Assembly: GCA_964202455.1 (NCBI GenBank)
Contig: CAXNIJ010000001.1
Location: forward strand, 46,080-110,079
DNA: 64,000 bases
Direction: 5' to 3'
DNA from: Candidatus Pacearchaeota archaeon
GTDB taxonomy: Archaea > Nanobdellota > Nanobdellia > Pacearchaeales > GW2011-AR1
Shown here: positions 27,871 to 36,814 of the stretch, piece after piece
How positions within the stretch are numbered: the first letter of the stretch is position 1
Layout: each line of letters opens with the position of its first letter
Notes under the pieces: model-generated
What the model was told of the DNA's origin: nothing
The model's database searches: none
The model's input: only the letters and a program-made list of their open reading frames with translations
Program-made: the position numbers and the translations under genes

Positions 27871-28266
27871 ATGGGAAAAACACAAAGACTTCGACATATT
27901 CAGCCAACTCATGGAGACAGGAATTATTTTATTTATGATGATGACAAAGGAAATGAGGTTTTTGCCTTTCCAACACCCATAGGTTCTCCAACAATATTTT
28001 CTGCCAGAGACGAGAATGGAGAGTCATTTAATGAGGCTGCAGTTAGAAGCGAATTAATTTCCCGTGCCAGGTTTATAGAAAGAACAGAAGGATTACATCT
28101 TAGAACCATCAACTCATATACTGCTATTCGCGTACATTTTGGAAATTTTCCCACTATAAAGACTAGTGATAGGCCCTCTTTAGAGGTAGATTTAGAAATA
28201 TATGGTGTACAATTTTACCAATCCACATTTTTAGATCGCAAATCTACTAAAAAAAGACCAGCGTAA
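27871..28266 (+). CDS. Hypothetical cassette protein
   Basis: 131-aa ORF; TATA-like box about 30 nt upstream; repeat downstream. Confidence 0.4.
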   Translation: MGKTQRLRHIQPTHGDRNYFIYDDDKGNEVFAFPTPIGSPTIFSARDENGESFNEAAVRSELISRARFIERTEGLHLRTINSYTAIRVHFGNFPTIKTSDRPSLEVDLEIYGVQFYQSTFLDRKSTKKRPA

Positions 28267-28399
28267 TCTTTCTGCTCTCTCTTAAATCTTTCAGCACATT
28301 CAAAGAGTTCGTTTAATATAAACTTAATCTTCTTCCTTTCTCTTAAATCTTTCAGCACAAAGGAAAAGTTTATAAACTATAACAAATTATATAATTGAT

Positions 28400-28618
28400 A
28401 TGGAACAAACAACTATTCAAATAAGTAAAACTCTCTTGGAACAGCTAAAGTTACGAAAGATGACTAAAAAAGAGAGCTATGAAGGAATTATTTGGGATTT
28501 GCTTGAAGATACAATGGAGTTATCCGATGAAACAAAACGCGCGATCGAAGAAGGAAGAAAGCAGATACTTGAAGAAAAAGTTGTTTCTTTTGAAGATTTG
28601 AAACGAGAGTTCCAGTAA
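28400..28618 (+). CDS. Putative antitoxin (third paralogue)
   Basis: TIQISKTLLEQLKLRKMTKKESYEGIIWDLLED; the stop lies 1 nt before the RelE start. Confidence 0.6.
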   Translation: MEQTTIQISKTLLEQLKLRKMTKKESYEGIIWDLLEDTMELSDETKRAIEEGRKQILEEKVVSFEDLKREFQ

Positions 28619-28619
28619 T

Positions 28620-28874
28620 ATGCACTACCAGATCTCTTTTTCTGAACAAGCAGCCAACTTTATTAGAAAATTAGACAAATCTCAAAGAGAACGAATTTTC
28701 GCCGTTCTCGAAAGAATCAAAATTCGTCCAGAAGATTTCGTTGAAAAACTAGTTGGAGAACAGGGGTACAAGCTCCGCATAGGAGATTATCGATTATTTT
28801 TAGATATTCAACAGAATACTATTATTATCTTCGTCGTAGAAGTCAGGCATCGAAAAAATGCGTACAAAAAATAA
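28620..28874 (+). CDS. relE: RelE/StbE-family toxin
   Basis: 84 aa; ...KLRIGDYRLFLDIQQNTIIIFVVEVRHRKNAY is a RelE-like C-terminus. Confidence 0.8.
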   Translation: MHYQISFSEQAANFIRKLDKSQRERIFAVLERIKIRPEDFVEKLVGEQGYKLRIGDYRLFLDIQQNTIIIFVVEVRHRKNAYKK

Positions 28875-28920
28875 TACTCTCCCTTTCTCTTAAATCGTTC
28901 AGCATCTCCAAAGAGTTCGT

Positions 28921-29199
28921 TTAAACTGCCCAATAGTCTGGAATATCAAATCCATCATCATTCAGTGATTTTTTTAATTCAGGATCATTCCATTCACAAA
29001 CAATAAGCTGAAACTGAGAAATGGAAGGTGAATAAAGACAACGAACATCAGCAAGAACAGCATTTCTACCTCTACTTTCTAAAAAAAGCAAAAAATCTAG
29101 ATTTGTTTCATATATTTTACCTTTAGTATTTTTAACAAAAGCCAAAGAAAAAGGAACGTCTCCACTAGAATCAGCAAGATACGGATTTTCATCCCCCAA
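28921..29199 (-). CDS. Hypothetical protein. The frame continues upstream to ATG 29406 through an in-frame TAA (29296-29298), so this is a possibly disrupted gene of about 160 aa.
   Basis: Translation of the minus strand gives MKEVHEDYLLLPGMSLFKKCNVLVYNCKNIRDFVDN*DRIETTSAPFFSRAKEYNGLAIINF...; an overlapping ORF 29097..29309 in another frame is probably spurious. Confidence 0.3.
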   Translation of the reverse strand: MGDENPYLADSSGDVPFSLAFVKNTKGKIYETNLDFLLFLESRGRNAVLADVRCLYSPSISQFQLIVCEWNDPELKKSLNDDGFDIPDYWAV

Positions 29200-29731
29200 T
29201 ATTGCACGAAGATTATTTGCAAAGTTGATAATTGCGAGCCCATTATATTCTTTGGCGCGACTAAAGAAGGGCGCAGAAGTTGTTTCAATTCTATCTTAAT
29301 TATCAACAAAGTCTCGAATGTTTTTACAATTATACACTAGAACATTACATTTTTTAAATAGAGACATTCCAGGCAATAAAAGATAATCTTCGTGTACTTC
29401 TTTCATAATAACTTTACACAAATAGATGTTTTTAAAACTAACCAATATTCAAAGGGTTCGTTTAACTCCAATTTCCTCCTTCTCTGCCTCTGAATTTCAC
29501 TCAAGATTCATCTTCCATAACCCTTAAATACCAAGGTAATTTAGGTATATTAACACCTCTTTTCCCCAGAAGAGGACGTTTCATCACCTTTTTGATCGAT
29601 GGAGCCTCCTCTTATGGGTTTAATATTCTACGATTATACCTGCAAACAGCTGTTTACGAAACGTTTTTAAACAAACATTTTCTTAAACAGCTGTTCAGAA
29701 GGAAAAATATTCTTTCTCGCAAAAAATTACA

Positions 29732-31285
29732 ATGGAACTCGCTATATCGAAAGTAAGTTTAAAGCAACACGAAGGGAAAACTATTTCCCTAGCTGGAATT
29801 ATAGATAGCGTCGCGCAAACAACAGGTCCAACACTCTTTTCTCTTATAGACGGATCGGGAACACTCATGTTAAAAGGATTTGACGGCGCAGGAGTGAGAG
29901 CATTTCCACAAATAAAAGAAGGAGACACTGTAAAAACTATGGTTCAAGTCAAGGAATTTCAAGGTTCTTTAGAAGGGGAGATAATACGAATAACAAAGCT
30001 TGAGGGCCCGACGTCAGAACAACTTAGAAAAGACATAGAAGCAGAAGAAAGAAAACGAGCAACAGTTGTACCAATACCTTTCTTAGTAAAAAGCCAAATA
30101 CTCGATAAATTAAAAGAGAGATATATCCAGGCAGCTACAGAAATTCGTCTTGCAGTTGTGAAAAACAGACCAATTATAGTTCGTCATCACAATGATTGCG
30201 ATGGATACAGTTCAGGATATTCATTAGAAAGAGCAATTATTCCTCTAATTATTAAACAACACGGTGGAGGGAAAGCTCCTTGGGAATATTTTACACGTTC
30301 TCCCTCGATGGCGCCATTCTATGAGATTGAAGATTCAATAAAAGATACTGCAAATTCTCTTCGTGATGTCGCAAAATTCTCAAATAAAATGCCTTTAGTA
30401 GTTATTGTAGACACAGGTTCAGGTTCAGAAAGTCTTTTAGGCATTAGACAAGGAAAAATTCACGGGGCAGATTTTATAGTAGTGGATCATCACTTTTTCG
30501 AGGAAGACGTAACTTCTCCAGAAGTTTTAGTCCATGTAAATCCATTTGTAGTCGGAGAAGATGGGGCGAAGTTTTCAGCAGGAATGCTTTGCACAGAACT
30601 TGCTCGTTTTATTAATCCAGAAGTAATGGTTGATCATCTTCCAGCTTTATCTGGAATGGCAGATAGAATCGATAATCCAACGGTAATTACAGAATATCTT
30701 AAAATTGCAGAAAAGAAAGGATATAATAAAGAGTTATTAGAAGACATTGCATCACTTATAGATTATGTAAGCACAAAGCTAAGATTTATGGAAGCACGAG
30801 AATATATCGAAGTGGTTTTCGGCGACCCAATTGACAAACAAAAAGCGCTTGTTTCTCTTATGAATCCATTTATCAGGACTATGCAAAAACGCGGACTTGA
30901 AATTGCAAAGTCTACAGTCAAGAGAGAGAAAATAGGTCAATGTACCTTACAGTTACTTTTTGTAGAAGAAACATTTTCAAGAAATGCCTATCCCAAGCCA
31001 GGACAAGTTGTGGGAATGCTTCATGATTTCTTTCAAGAAAAAGAAAAGAACAAAAATGTAGTATCTATCGGAGTATTAAGCGATCTTGTAACTATTCGGG
31101 CAACAGAAGAGTCAAAATTCATAGTACACGATTTTCTTTCAGTTCTTCAGAAAAATGTTCCAGAGGCATTTCCAGAGGGTGGAGGACATAAAAGTGCAGG
31201 CGCACTTAGATTTGTTCCAGCTCAAAGAGAGAAGGTATTAGTCGCGTTAAGAACATACCTAACAAAGGTCCAATCAGGAAAGTAA
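29732..31285 (+). CDS. DHH-family phosphoesterase with N-terminal OB-fold (RecJ/Cdc45/GAN-like nuclease)
   Basis: 517 aa; DHH motifs (VRHHNDCDGYSSG; VDHHF) and a DHHA1-like C-terminus (GGGHKSAGA). Confidence 0.65.
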   Translation: MELAISKVSLKQHEGKTISLAGIIDSVAQTTGPTLFSLIDGSGTLMLKGFDGAGVRAFPQIKEGDTVKTMVQVKEFQGSLEGEIIRITKLEGPTSEQLRKDIEAEERKRATVVPIPFLVKSQILDKLKERYIQAATEIRLAVVKNRPIIVRHHNDCDGYSSGYSLERAIIPLIIKQHGGGKAPWEYFTRSPSMAPFYEIEDSIKDTANSLRDVAKFSNKMPLVVIVDTGSGSESLLGIRQGKIHGADFIVVDHHFFEEDVTSPEVLVHVNPFVVGEDGAKFSAGMLCTELARFINPEVMVDHLPALSGMADRIDNPTVITEYLKIAEKKGYNKELLEDIASLIDYVSTKLRFMEAREYIEVVFGDPIDKQKALVSLMNPFIRTMQKRGLEIAKSTVKREKIGQCTLQLLFVEETFSRNAYPKPGQVVGMLHDFFQEKEKNKNVVSIGVLSDLVTIRATEESKFIVHDFLSVLQKNVPEAFPEGGGHKSAGALRFVPAQREKVLVALRTYLTKVQSGK

Positions 31286-31723
31286 TTAATTCTTGATCTC
31301 TAAAATTTTTATCTTAAAAAACAATTTTCTTCCAGCAAGAGGATGATTAAAATCTAAAACAATTATTTCACCTTTAACTTCAGCGATTGAAACTGGAATC
31401 TGTTTTCCATCTGGTGCATTTATTGCAAAAGTCATTCCAGGCGTAGGCTCGGGAGAAGCTGGCAAAGTGTTTCTAGGAACTTCTCGAAGTAGATCCTCAT
31501 CAGGCAAACCATACGCATCTATCGCTTCAACTTCAAATTTTTTCTCTTCTCCAACTTTCATTCCAATAGCTGCTTTTTCAAACCCTTCAATAACTTCTTT
31601 GCCCCCAATAGTAAATGTTAAAGGATGCGAATGATCTCCATGACTAGAAGAATCAAATATCTCTCCATTTTCAAAAGTCCCCTCATAATCTACACTAACG
31701 ATAGAACCATTTTTAGCAATCAT
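31286..31723 (-). CDS. FKBP-type peptidyl-prolyl cis-trans isomerase (SlyD-like)
   Basis: VDYEGTFENGEIFDSS...LTFTIGGKEVIEGFEKAAIGMKVGE is a classic FKBP signature. Confidence 0.85.
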   Translation of the reverse strand: MIAKNGSIVSVDYEGTFENGEIFDSSSHGDHSHPLTFTIGGKEVIEGFEKAAIGMKVGEEKKFEVEAIDAYGLPDEDLLREVPRNTLPASPEPTPGMTFAINAPDGKQIPVSIAEVKGEIIVLDFNHPLAGRKLFFKIKILEIKN

Positions 31724-31747
31724 TAAGTCAATGAATAAATGGTCTTT

Positions 31748-33481
31748 TTAATTCTTTTGACTATCACGATTTAACAAATATTTATGAAGATGTGAGAAAT
31801 AATCTTGTTTTTGAGAATAGGCGAGTCTTTCAATAATTAATTCTGGAGTAGAGTGTGCAAGTTTTCCGAGTACTGGGTTGTGATCCACAATAAGTTCAAA
31901 TGTTTCACTTAATCCCTTCGCTTCAATACCGTCTATTCTAGCACCCGGAGGGAGTCTATGTGCAACTTCTTGTCCAAGATGAGTTGCAAGAATGAGAAAG
32001 CATCCTTTTTCTATAAAGTATTGAGCAGTTGCACAAATAATTAATCCCGCAACTCCCGGCTCAGTCACTGATTCAATTTCATCAGCAAGAATTAAAGTGG
32101 ATTCTCCAGGTTTAACGCTAGATAATTGAGTCAACAAAGTTTCAAACGCGCCTTTACTCATAGAACCTTTATTTTTAGCGAAATAATAAATTTCTTCAAA
32201 TAATGGAAGACGTACCTCTCCATGAGTTGGTAGACCCATTTGAGAGAGAGAAACAAGTTGCAATACGTGCTCAAGAAGTGTAGTTTTACCTCCGCTATTA
32301 GCACCAGTCAATATAGAGCATCTTTTTTCAGGAGTAAGATGAAATGAAATTGGTTGCGCCTTTTCTATCAAAATATTAGTTGAAGAAGATAAAGAAAGGC
32401 CTTCTTCAAAAACAGGATAAGACTCAGCAGTTTTAAGATATTCATTAATTCCCCCTACAAAGTCTGCAATCAATAAAAGTTCAGCTAGATTAGAAAGTTT
32501 TTCAGGAACCTTCATAAGTAAAGTAGAATGTTTTCTTATTTCTTCTGCTAAAGAAGTGTGTGCAGATGCATTCTGTTTTTTCAAATATCTAGAAAATTCT
32601 TCTTCATTCAATGTAACTGGAAAGTTTTCTATAAACAGTTGTTCAGGTAAGCCAGTCTCTAAAATGGCTTGTCTTAGAGAAGTTTTAAGTCCGGCGGGCA
32701 AAGCAGATTTATGAAGAAGTGCAAGTAGTGCCTCTCCAGAAAGAGTTAAATTTTTAATTTGAATAGAAATTTTATCATTAACTTCAGAAATTTTATCTTG
32801 AATTTCATCATAAGATATTGTTTTTGTCAAATTAGATCGTATCAATGAAAGCAAAGGCGATAGTTCTCTCGCACATTGTGAAATATCCGAACTTTCTTCT
32901 TCCGAAGCTAATTTTTCTATTATATGTTTCCATCCAGAGAGTAGTCTAACATGTCTTTCAAGATAAACTTCTTCAATACTATCTAAAAAAATCGTCTGCG
33001 GGAGTTGCTCAAGCATTCTAGAATATTCTTCACAATCTATAACTTGAACTAGGTCATACCCTTCTAGAGCAGCCACATCTTGTTCATGAATTATAAATTT
33101 AACGGGACAATCTAGTTCTTTAAGTTGAATAAACGTTTTCTCATTTTCAGTTACAACAATAACTCCATAAAGAGGATTCCAAAAGGATTTAGGCGAAGAG
33201 AATGATTCAAAAAGAGAATTGTTTGCTTTTTTAGATATGCTCTTAAAAAAATTCTGTCTTCTAATTGATTCTTCAAAAGAGATTCCCAAAGAAAAACATT
33301 GCCAAAGTTGAGCAGTATCTTTAAACACGAACGATGAAGAAATTTCACTAATAACTCTATAATGTACAGACTTAGCATCGGCCGTTTTATATATCGAAGC
33401 AGAATGGCGTGAACTTTTCTTTTCAATTGAAAACGGAGACAACTCTTCACCTCTAATAAATGCAATTAATTCCTCCTTCAT
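31748..33481 (-). CDS. MutS2-like ATPase (MutS domain V protein)
   Basis: 577 aa; Walker A LTGANSGGKTTLLEHV; Walker B TLILADEIESVTEPG. Confidence 0.75.
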   Translation of the reverse strand: MKEELIAFIRGEELSPFSIEKKSSRHSASIYKTADAKSVHYRVISEISSSFVFKDTAQLWQCFSLGISFEESIRRQNFFKSISKKANNSLFESFSSPKSFWNPLYGVIVVTENEKTFIQLKELDCPVKFIIHEQDVAALEGYDLVQVIDCEEYSRMLEQLPQTIFLDSIEEVYLERHVRLLSGWKHIIEKLASEEESSDISQCARELSPLLSLIRSNLTKTISYDEIQDKISEVNDKISIQIKNLTLSGEALLALLHKSALPAGLKTSLRQAILETGLPEQLFIENFPVTLNEEEFSRYLKKQNASAHTSLAEEIRKHSTLLMKVPEKLSNLAELLLIADFVGGINEYLKTAESYPVFEEGLSLSSSTNILIEKAQPISFHLTPEKRCSILTGANSGGKTTLLEHVLQLVSLSQMGLPTHGEVRLPLFEEIYYFAKNKGSMSKGAFETLLTQLSSVKPGESTLILADEIESVTEPGVAGLIICATAQYFIEKGCFLILATHLGQEVAHRLPPGARIDGIEAKGLSETFELIVDHNPVLGKLAHSTPELIIERLAYSQKQDYFSHLHKYLLNRDSQKN

Positions 33482-33504
33482 ATTTTCAGACAGAGCTTTA
33501 GCTT

Positions 33505-33810
33505 TAAAGAATTTTAGGTGATGTCAAGGAACTTGACGCAAACCACACCTTAAAATGCGTGGATTGTTCCTCGAGCATCCAAACATCGAGAACTCTGTTC
33601 TCGAGGCGTTCAGAAACAATAGGTTTCTGACGAAACGAGCACATATTCAAACCTTGGCTCATCAAGAATCGTCAAGAATCTTTGATTCTTGAGTGCCGTC
33701 AAAGATAAATGTCTTTGAGGCTAAGAAACTCTTCGAGTTTCGAGGCGCTCAGAAACTTTCAGTTTCTGACGTTTAAGTTAGGGTAGCGCATCGTGCTTTT
33801 GATTATTAAC
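33505..33810. repeat. About 300-bp structured non-coding element, copy 1 (second copy 54215-54400)
   Basis: Conserved 43-nt 3' module agtttctgacgtttaagttRRggtagcgcatcgtgYttttgat (33761-33803 vs 54352-54394, 41/43 identical), plus shared internal inverted repeats (cagaaac...gtttctg; caagaat...attcttg). Confidence 0.6.
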
Positions 33811-33856
33811 TTCAAATTTCTTTGTTTTTCCTACTTCCAGAGTCGCATTTTGAAAA

Positions 33857-34078
33857 TTATGCAATTTGAAGATAAAACCAATATCCGGTCATTATTGCTC
33901 CTAAGAATATAATAAAACCATTTATCCAGATTAATATCTGAAAAAGAGAAAATAAGCTCCCTAAGACAATTCCCAAGGACAAAATAAAGAAAATACGGAG
34001 GACTGGAGAACCCCTATCCAAAATTTTCCAAGGGTTAATATGACTCCAATCTATAAATGTCTCTCTTTTTTGTTTCAT
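33857..34078 (-). CDS. Small membrane protein, hypothetical
   Basis: 73 aa with 2 TM helices. Confidence 0.3.
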   Translation of the reverse strand: MKQKRETFIDWSHINPWKILDRGSPVLRIFFILSLGIVLGSLFSLFQILIWINGFIIFLGAIMTGYWFYLQIA

Positions 34079-34172
34079 GGAAACATAATATTTAAAATAG
34101 CTATTTAAGGATTATGGATTAAATTTACAAGAGTTGAAAGATTTATAATCCTTCAGATATTGCCTCTTTCAC

Positions 34173-34260
34173 GCCTCTATAGCTCAGCGGTAGAGCACCA
34201 GTTTCGTACCGATATATGCGAAGAAACTGGGGGTCGGGGGTTCAATCCCCCCTAGAGGCT
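34173..34260 (+). tRNA. tRNA-Thr (anticodon CGU) with a 16-nt intron at the canonical 37/38 position
   Basis: Acceptor GCCTCTA/TAGAGGC; D arm GCTCAGCGGTAGAGC; anticodon stem CCAGT/ACTGG; loop TTCGTA|intron 34209-34224|A; T arm GGGGG TTCAATC CCCCC; no encoded CCA. Confidence 0.8.
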
Positions 34261-34344
34261 TTCAATTTTTTCTTGAAGAAAAAAGCAAATACCGTAATAT
34301 TTATAAAACTCCGCTTTCTTCTCTGAAAATAAAAAAGGAACAAC

Positions 34345-34644
34345 ATGGGTAGCAATATAGACTTAAGAAAATTTGAAGATGTAGATAATATTCAAGATGC
34401 ATTCTCTAAAATAGTTTCAGGTGGAAAAGTGGGTTACAAGTCAGTAATTGAAAGAAAAAAGATTCCTCCAAAATGTGCAAAATGCGGTCGCGGAGGGGAT
34501 GAAGACCAAAAATTCTGCGCACAATGTGGGGGCAAAATGATCGTTCCTTTAACCAAATGTCCGGGATGTAAAAAGTCCATAGATGAAATAGAAAAATTCT
34601 GCACAGAATGCGGCCATGACATCGCTTCAGCTAGATTAAGGTAA
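34345..34644 (+). CDS. Double zinc-ribbon protein
   Basis: 99 aa with four CxxC pairs (CAKCG...CAQCG...CPGC...CTECG). Confidence 0.5.
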   Translation: MGSNIDLRKFEDVDNIQDAFSKIVSGGKVGYKSVIERKKIPPKCAKCGRGGDEDQKFCAQCGGKMIVPLTKCPGCKKSIDEIEKFCTECGHDIASARLR

Positions 34645-34674
34645 ATTTATTAACAAACTTTTTCTTATATACCT

Positions 34675-36363
34675 ATGAAAGAAACAATTATCGCCCTCCT
34701 TGCAAAAACTCTCAAAAAAGAAGAGCAATTTGTAGCTGCGCTAGTAGAAGTTCCCCAAGATTCAACCAATGGAGACTATTCATTTCCTTGCTTTTCTCTA
34801 ACTAAAGAATTAAAAAAAAGTCCAATGGAAATAGCTCAAAATCTCTCATCAAATATCAAACTTCCTAAAGAACTAGAAAAAATAGAGGCCAAAGGCTCAT
34901 ATCTTAATTTCTTTATTAATAGAAACCTTTTAGCAGTGCAATCTCTAAAAGAAATATTAAAACAAAAAGATAAATACGGTTCACAGAAAAATAAGTGTAA
35001 AGTGGTCATAGAATTCCCAAGCCCGAATACAAACAAACCTCTCCATTTAGGTCATGCAAGAAACATAATTTTAGGTCAAGCAGTAACAAACATCTTACAG
35101 TTTATGGGGGATAATTTGCAAGTTACAAATCTCTATAATGACCGTGGCGTACATATTTGCAAATCTATGGTGGCATATGAAAAATTCGGAAAAGGAGACT
35201 CTCCAGAAAAATCAAAGAGAAAGTCAGACCATTTTGTCGGAGACTATTATGTCAAATTTGCACAAGAAGCAAAAGAAAATAAGCAGTTTGAAGAAGAAGC
35301 GCAAAAAGCTCTTAAAAAATGGGAAGAGGGTGACAAAAAAACACTCGCTCTCTGGAAAAAAATGAATTCCTGGGCATTTAAAGGTTTTGAAGAGACTTAT
35401 CAACTTTTTAATCTAAAAATAAAGCACAATTATTATGAATCAGATATCTACAATAAGGGGAAGGAAATTGTTTTTGAAGGATTAAAAAAAGGAATATTAA
35501 AGAAAAAAGAAGATGGTGCTTTCTTTATCGACTTAACTCCCCACGATATGGGTGAAAAAATTCTACTACGTGCAGATGGAACATCGATATACACCACACA
35601 AGACATTTATCTTGCACTTTTAAAATACAAAGAATTCAAGTTTGATAAATCCATATATGTAAGTGCATCAGAACAAAATTATCATTTCAAAGCACTTTTC
35701 AAAATACTCGAGTTGTTAGGTTATCCTTGGGCAAAAAATCTCATTCATTTAAGTTACGGTATGGTAAATTTAGAGTCTGGAAGAATGAAATCAAGAGAAG
35801 GAAACGTAGTCGATTCGGATAATTTAATTGCAGATATGAAATTAATGGCAAATGAAGAAATAGAGAAGCGCCATCAAGATATTTCAGAAAAAGAAAAAAA
35901 CCACCGTTCTCAAGCAATAGTCATGGCCGCGCTTCGTTATTATTTTCTCAAAGTAGATAAAACGAGAGATGTAACTTTTAAGCCAGAAGAATCTCTTAAA
36001 TTCGAAGGCGATACTGGCCCATATCTTTTATACACTTATGCTCGTGCACAAAGCATTCTAGAAAAAGCCAAGAAGGGGAAAAAATCACTTAAAATTCCAG
36101 CGCTAACCGATAAAGAAAAACAACTTTTTATACATCTAACTAAGTTTCCAGAGGTAGTTGCCTATGCACACTCTTCTCTAGCACCCAACTTTATTGCAAA
36201 CTATTCATTCCAATTAGCACAGTTATTTAACGAGTTCTATCATTCTCACCAAGTAATCGGCTCCCCAGAAGAAGCATTTCGTGTAGAACTCGTAAAGGCA
36301 TTTTCTCAAGTTCTCAAAAATGCACTATCTCTTCTAGAAATATCAACTCTAGATAAGATGTAA
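34675..36363 (+). CDS. argS: Arginyl-tRNA synthetase
   Basis: 562 aa; HIGH motif PNTNKPLHLGHARN; class I Rossmann core and a DALR-like anticodon-binding C-terminus. Confidence 0.95.
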   Translation: MKETIIALLAKTLKKEEQFVAALVEVPQDSTNGDYSFPCFSLTKELKKSPMEIAQNLSSNIKLPKELEKIEAKGSYLNFFINRNLLAVQSLKEILKQKDKYGSQKNKCKVVIEFPSPNTNKPLHLGHARNIILGQAVTNILQFMGDNLQVTNLYNDRGVHICKSMVAYEKFGKGDSPEKSKRKSDHFVGDYYVKFAQEAKENKQFEEEAQKALKKWEEGDKKTLALWKKMNSWAFKGFEETYQLFNLKIKHNYYESDIYNKGKEIVFEGLKKGILKKKEDGAFFIDLTPHDMGEKILLRADGTSIYTTQDIYLALLKYKEFKFDKSIYVSASEQNYHFKALFKILELLGYPWAKNLIHLSYGMVNLESGRMKSREGNVVDSDNLIADMKLMANEEIEKRHQDISEKEKNHRSQAIVMAALRYYFLKVDKTRDVTFKPEESLKFEGDTGPYLLYTYARAQSILEKAKKGKKSLKIPALTDKEKQLFIHLTKFPEVVAYAHSSLAPNFIANYSFQLAQLFNEFYHSHQVIGSPEEAFRVELVKAFSQVLKNALSLLEISTLDKM

Positions 36364-36390
36364 ACTTGATTAGTCAAAGAACAATAGAAA

Positions 36391-36475
36391 AGTTTGAATA
36401 ATTCTGAGTTTATGAGGAATTTTCAAACTGATTCTTAGAGAAGTTTAGGCTTTTGCAAACTTCTCTATAGAATAA
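36391..36475. repeat. About 85-bp conserved hairpin element, copy 1 (copy 2 at 63523-63605)
   Basis: agtttgaataattcYgagtttaWgaggRattttcaaacNgaNtctt...ggcttttgYaaaSttctct, with a 10-bp perfect stem agagaagttt/aaacttctct in copy 1. Confidence 0.55.
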
Positions 36476-36552
36476 TTCACTCAAAACATTCTGAAAATCA
36501 AGTGTAAATCAAGCACAAAAAACATTAAATACCCTTCAAGATGAATTAATCC

Positions 36553-36771
36553 ATGGAAATTGGATTAGTTTTACTCGGGTTGTCAGTATCATTATTTTTT
36601 ATCTTAGTCGTTTTAATGTTTGTTCTAGCTTTTCAAAATCCTCAAGATTCAAAAAAACTAACTAGATCAGTCAGAACCGACTTACAAAAAATTAAAGATC
36701 AAATTGTTTCAAAACCAAAAAGAAACAACTCAAAGTCTAAAGTTTACAACTCTTCAATAGAAGATCTTTAA
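36553..36771 (+). CDS. Small single-TM protein, hypothetical
   Basis: 72-aa ORF with an N-terminal hydrophobic helix. Confidence 0.3.
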   Translation: MEIGLVLLGLSVSLFFILVVLMFVLAFQNPQDSKKLTRSVRTDLQKIKDQIVSKPKRNNSKSKVYNSSIEDL

Positions 36772-36814
36772 AATTCTCCAAAGAATATCCTTATAAACCC
36801 TTTAACATTTGAAA

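Noticed and set aside
33515-33575. Possible C/D-box sRNA (gtgatgt...ctga motifs) inside the 300-bp repeat element
   Set aside because: The C box is imperfect (GUGAUGU instead of RUGAUGA) and no convincing D'/C' arrangement or terminal stem was seen; left as part of the larger structured repeat.
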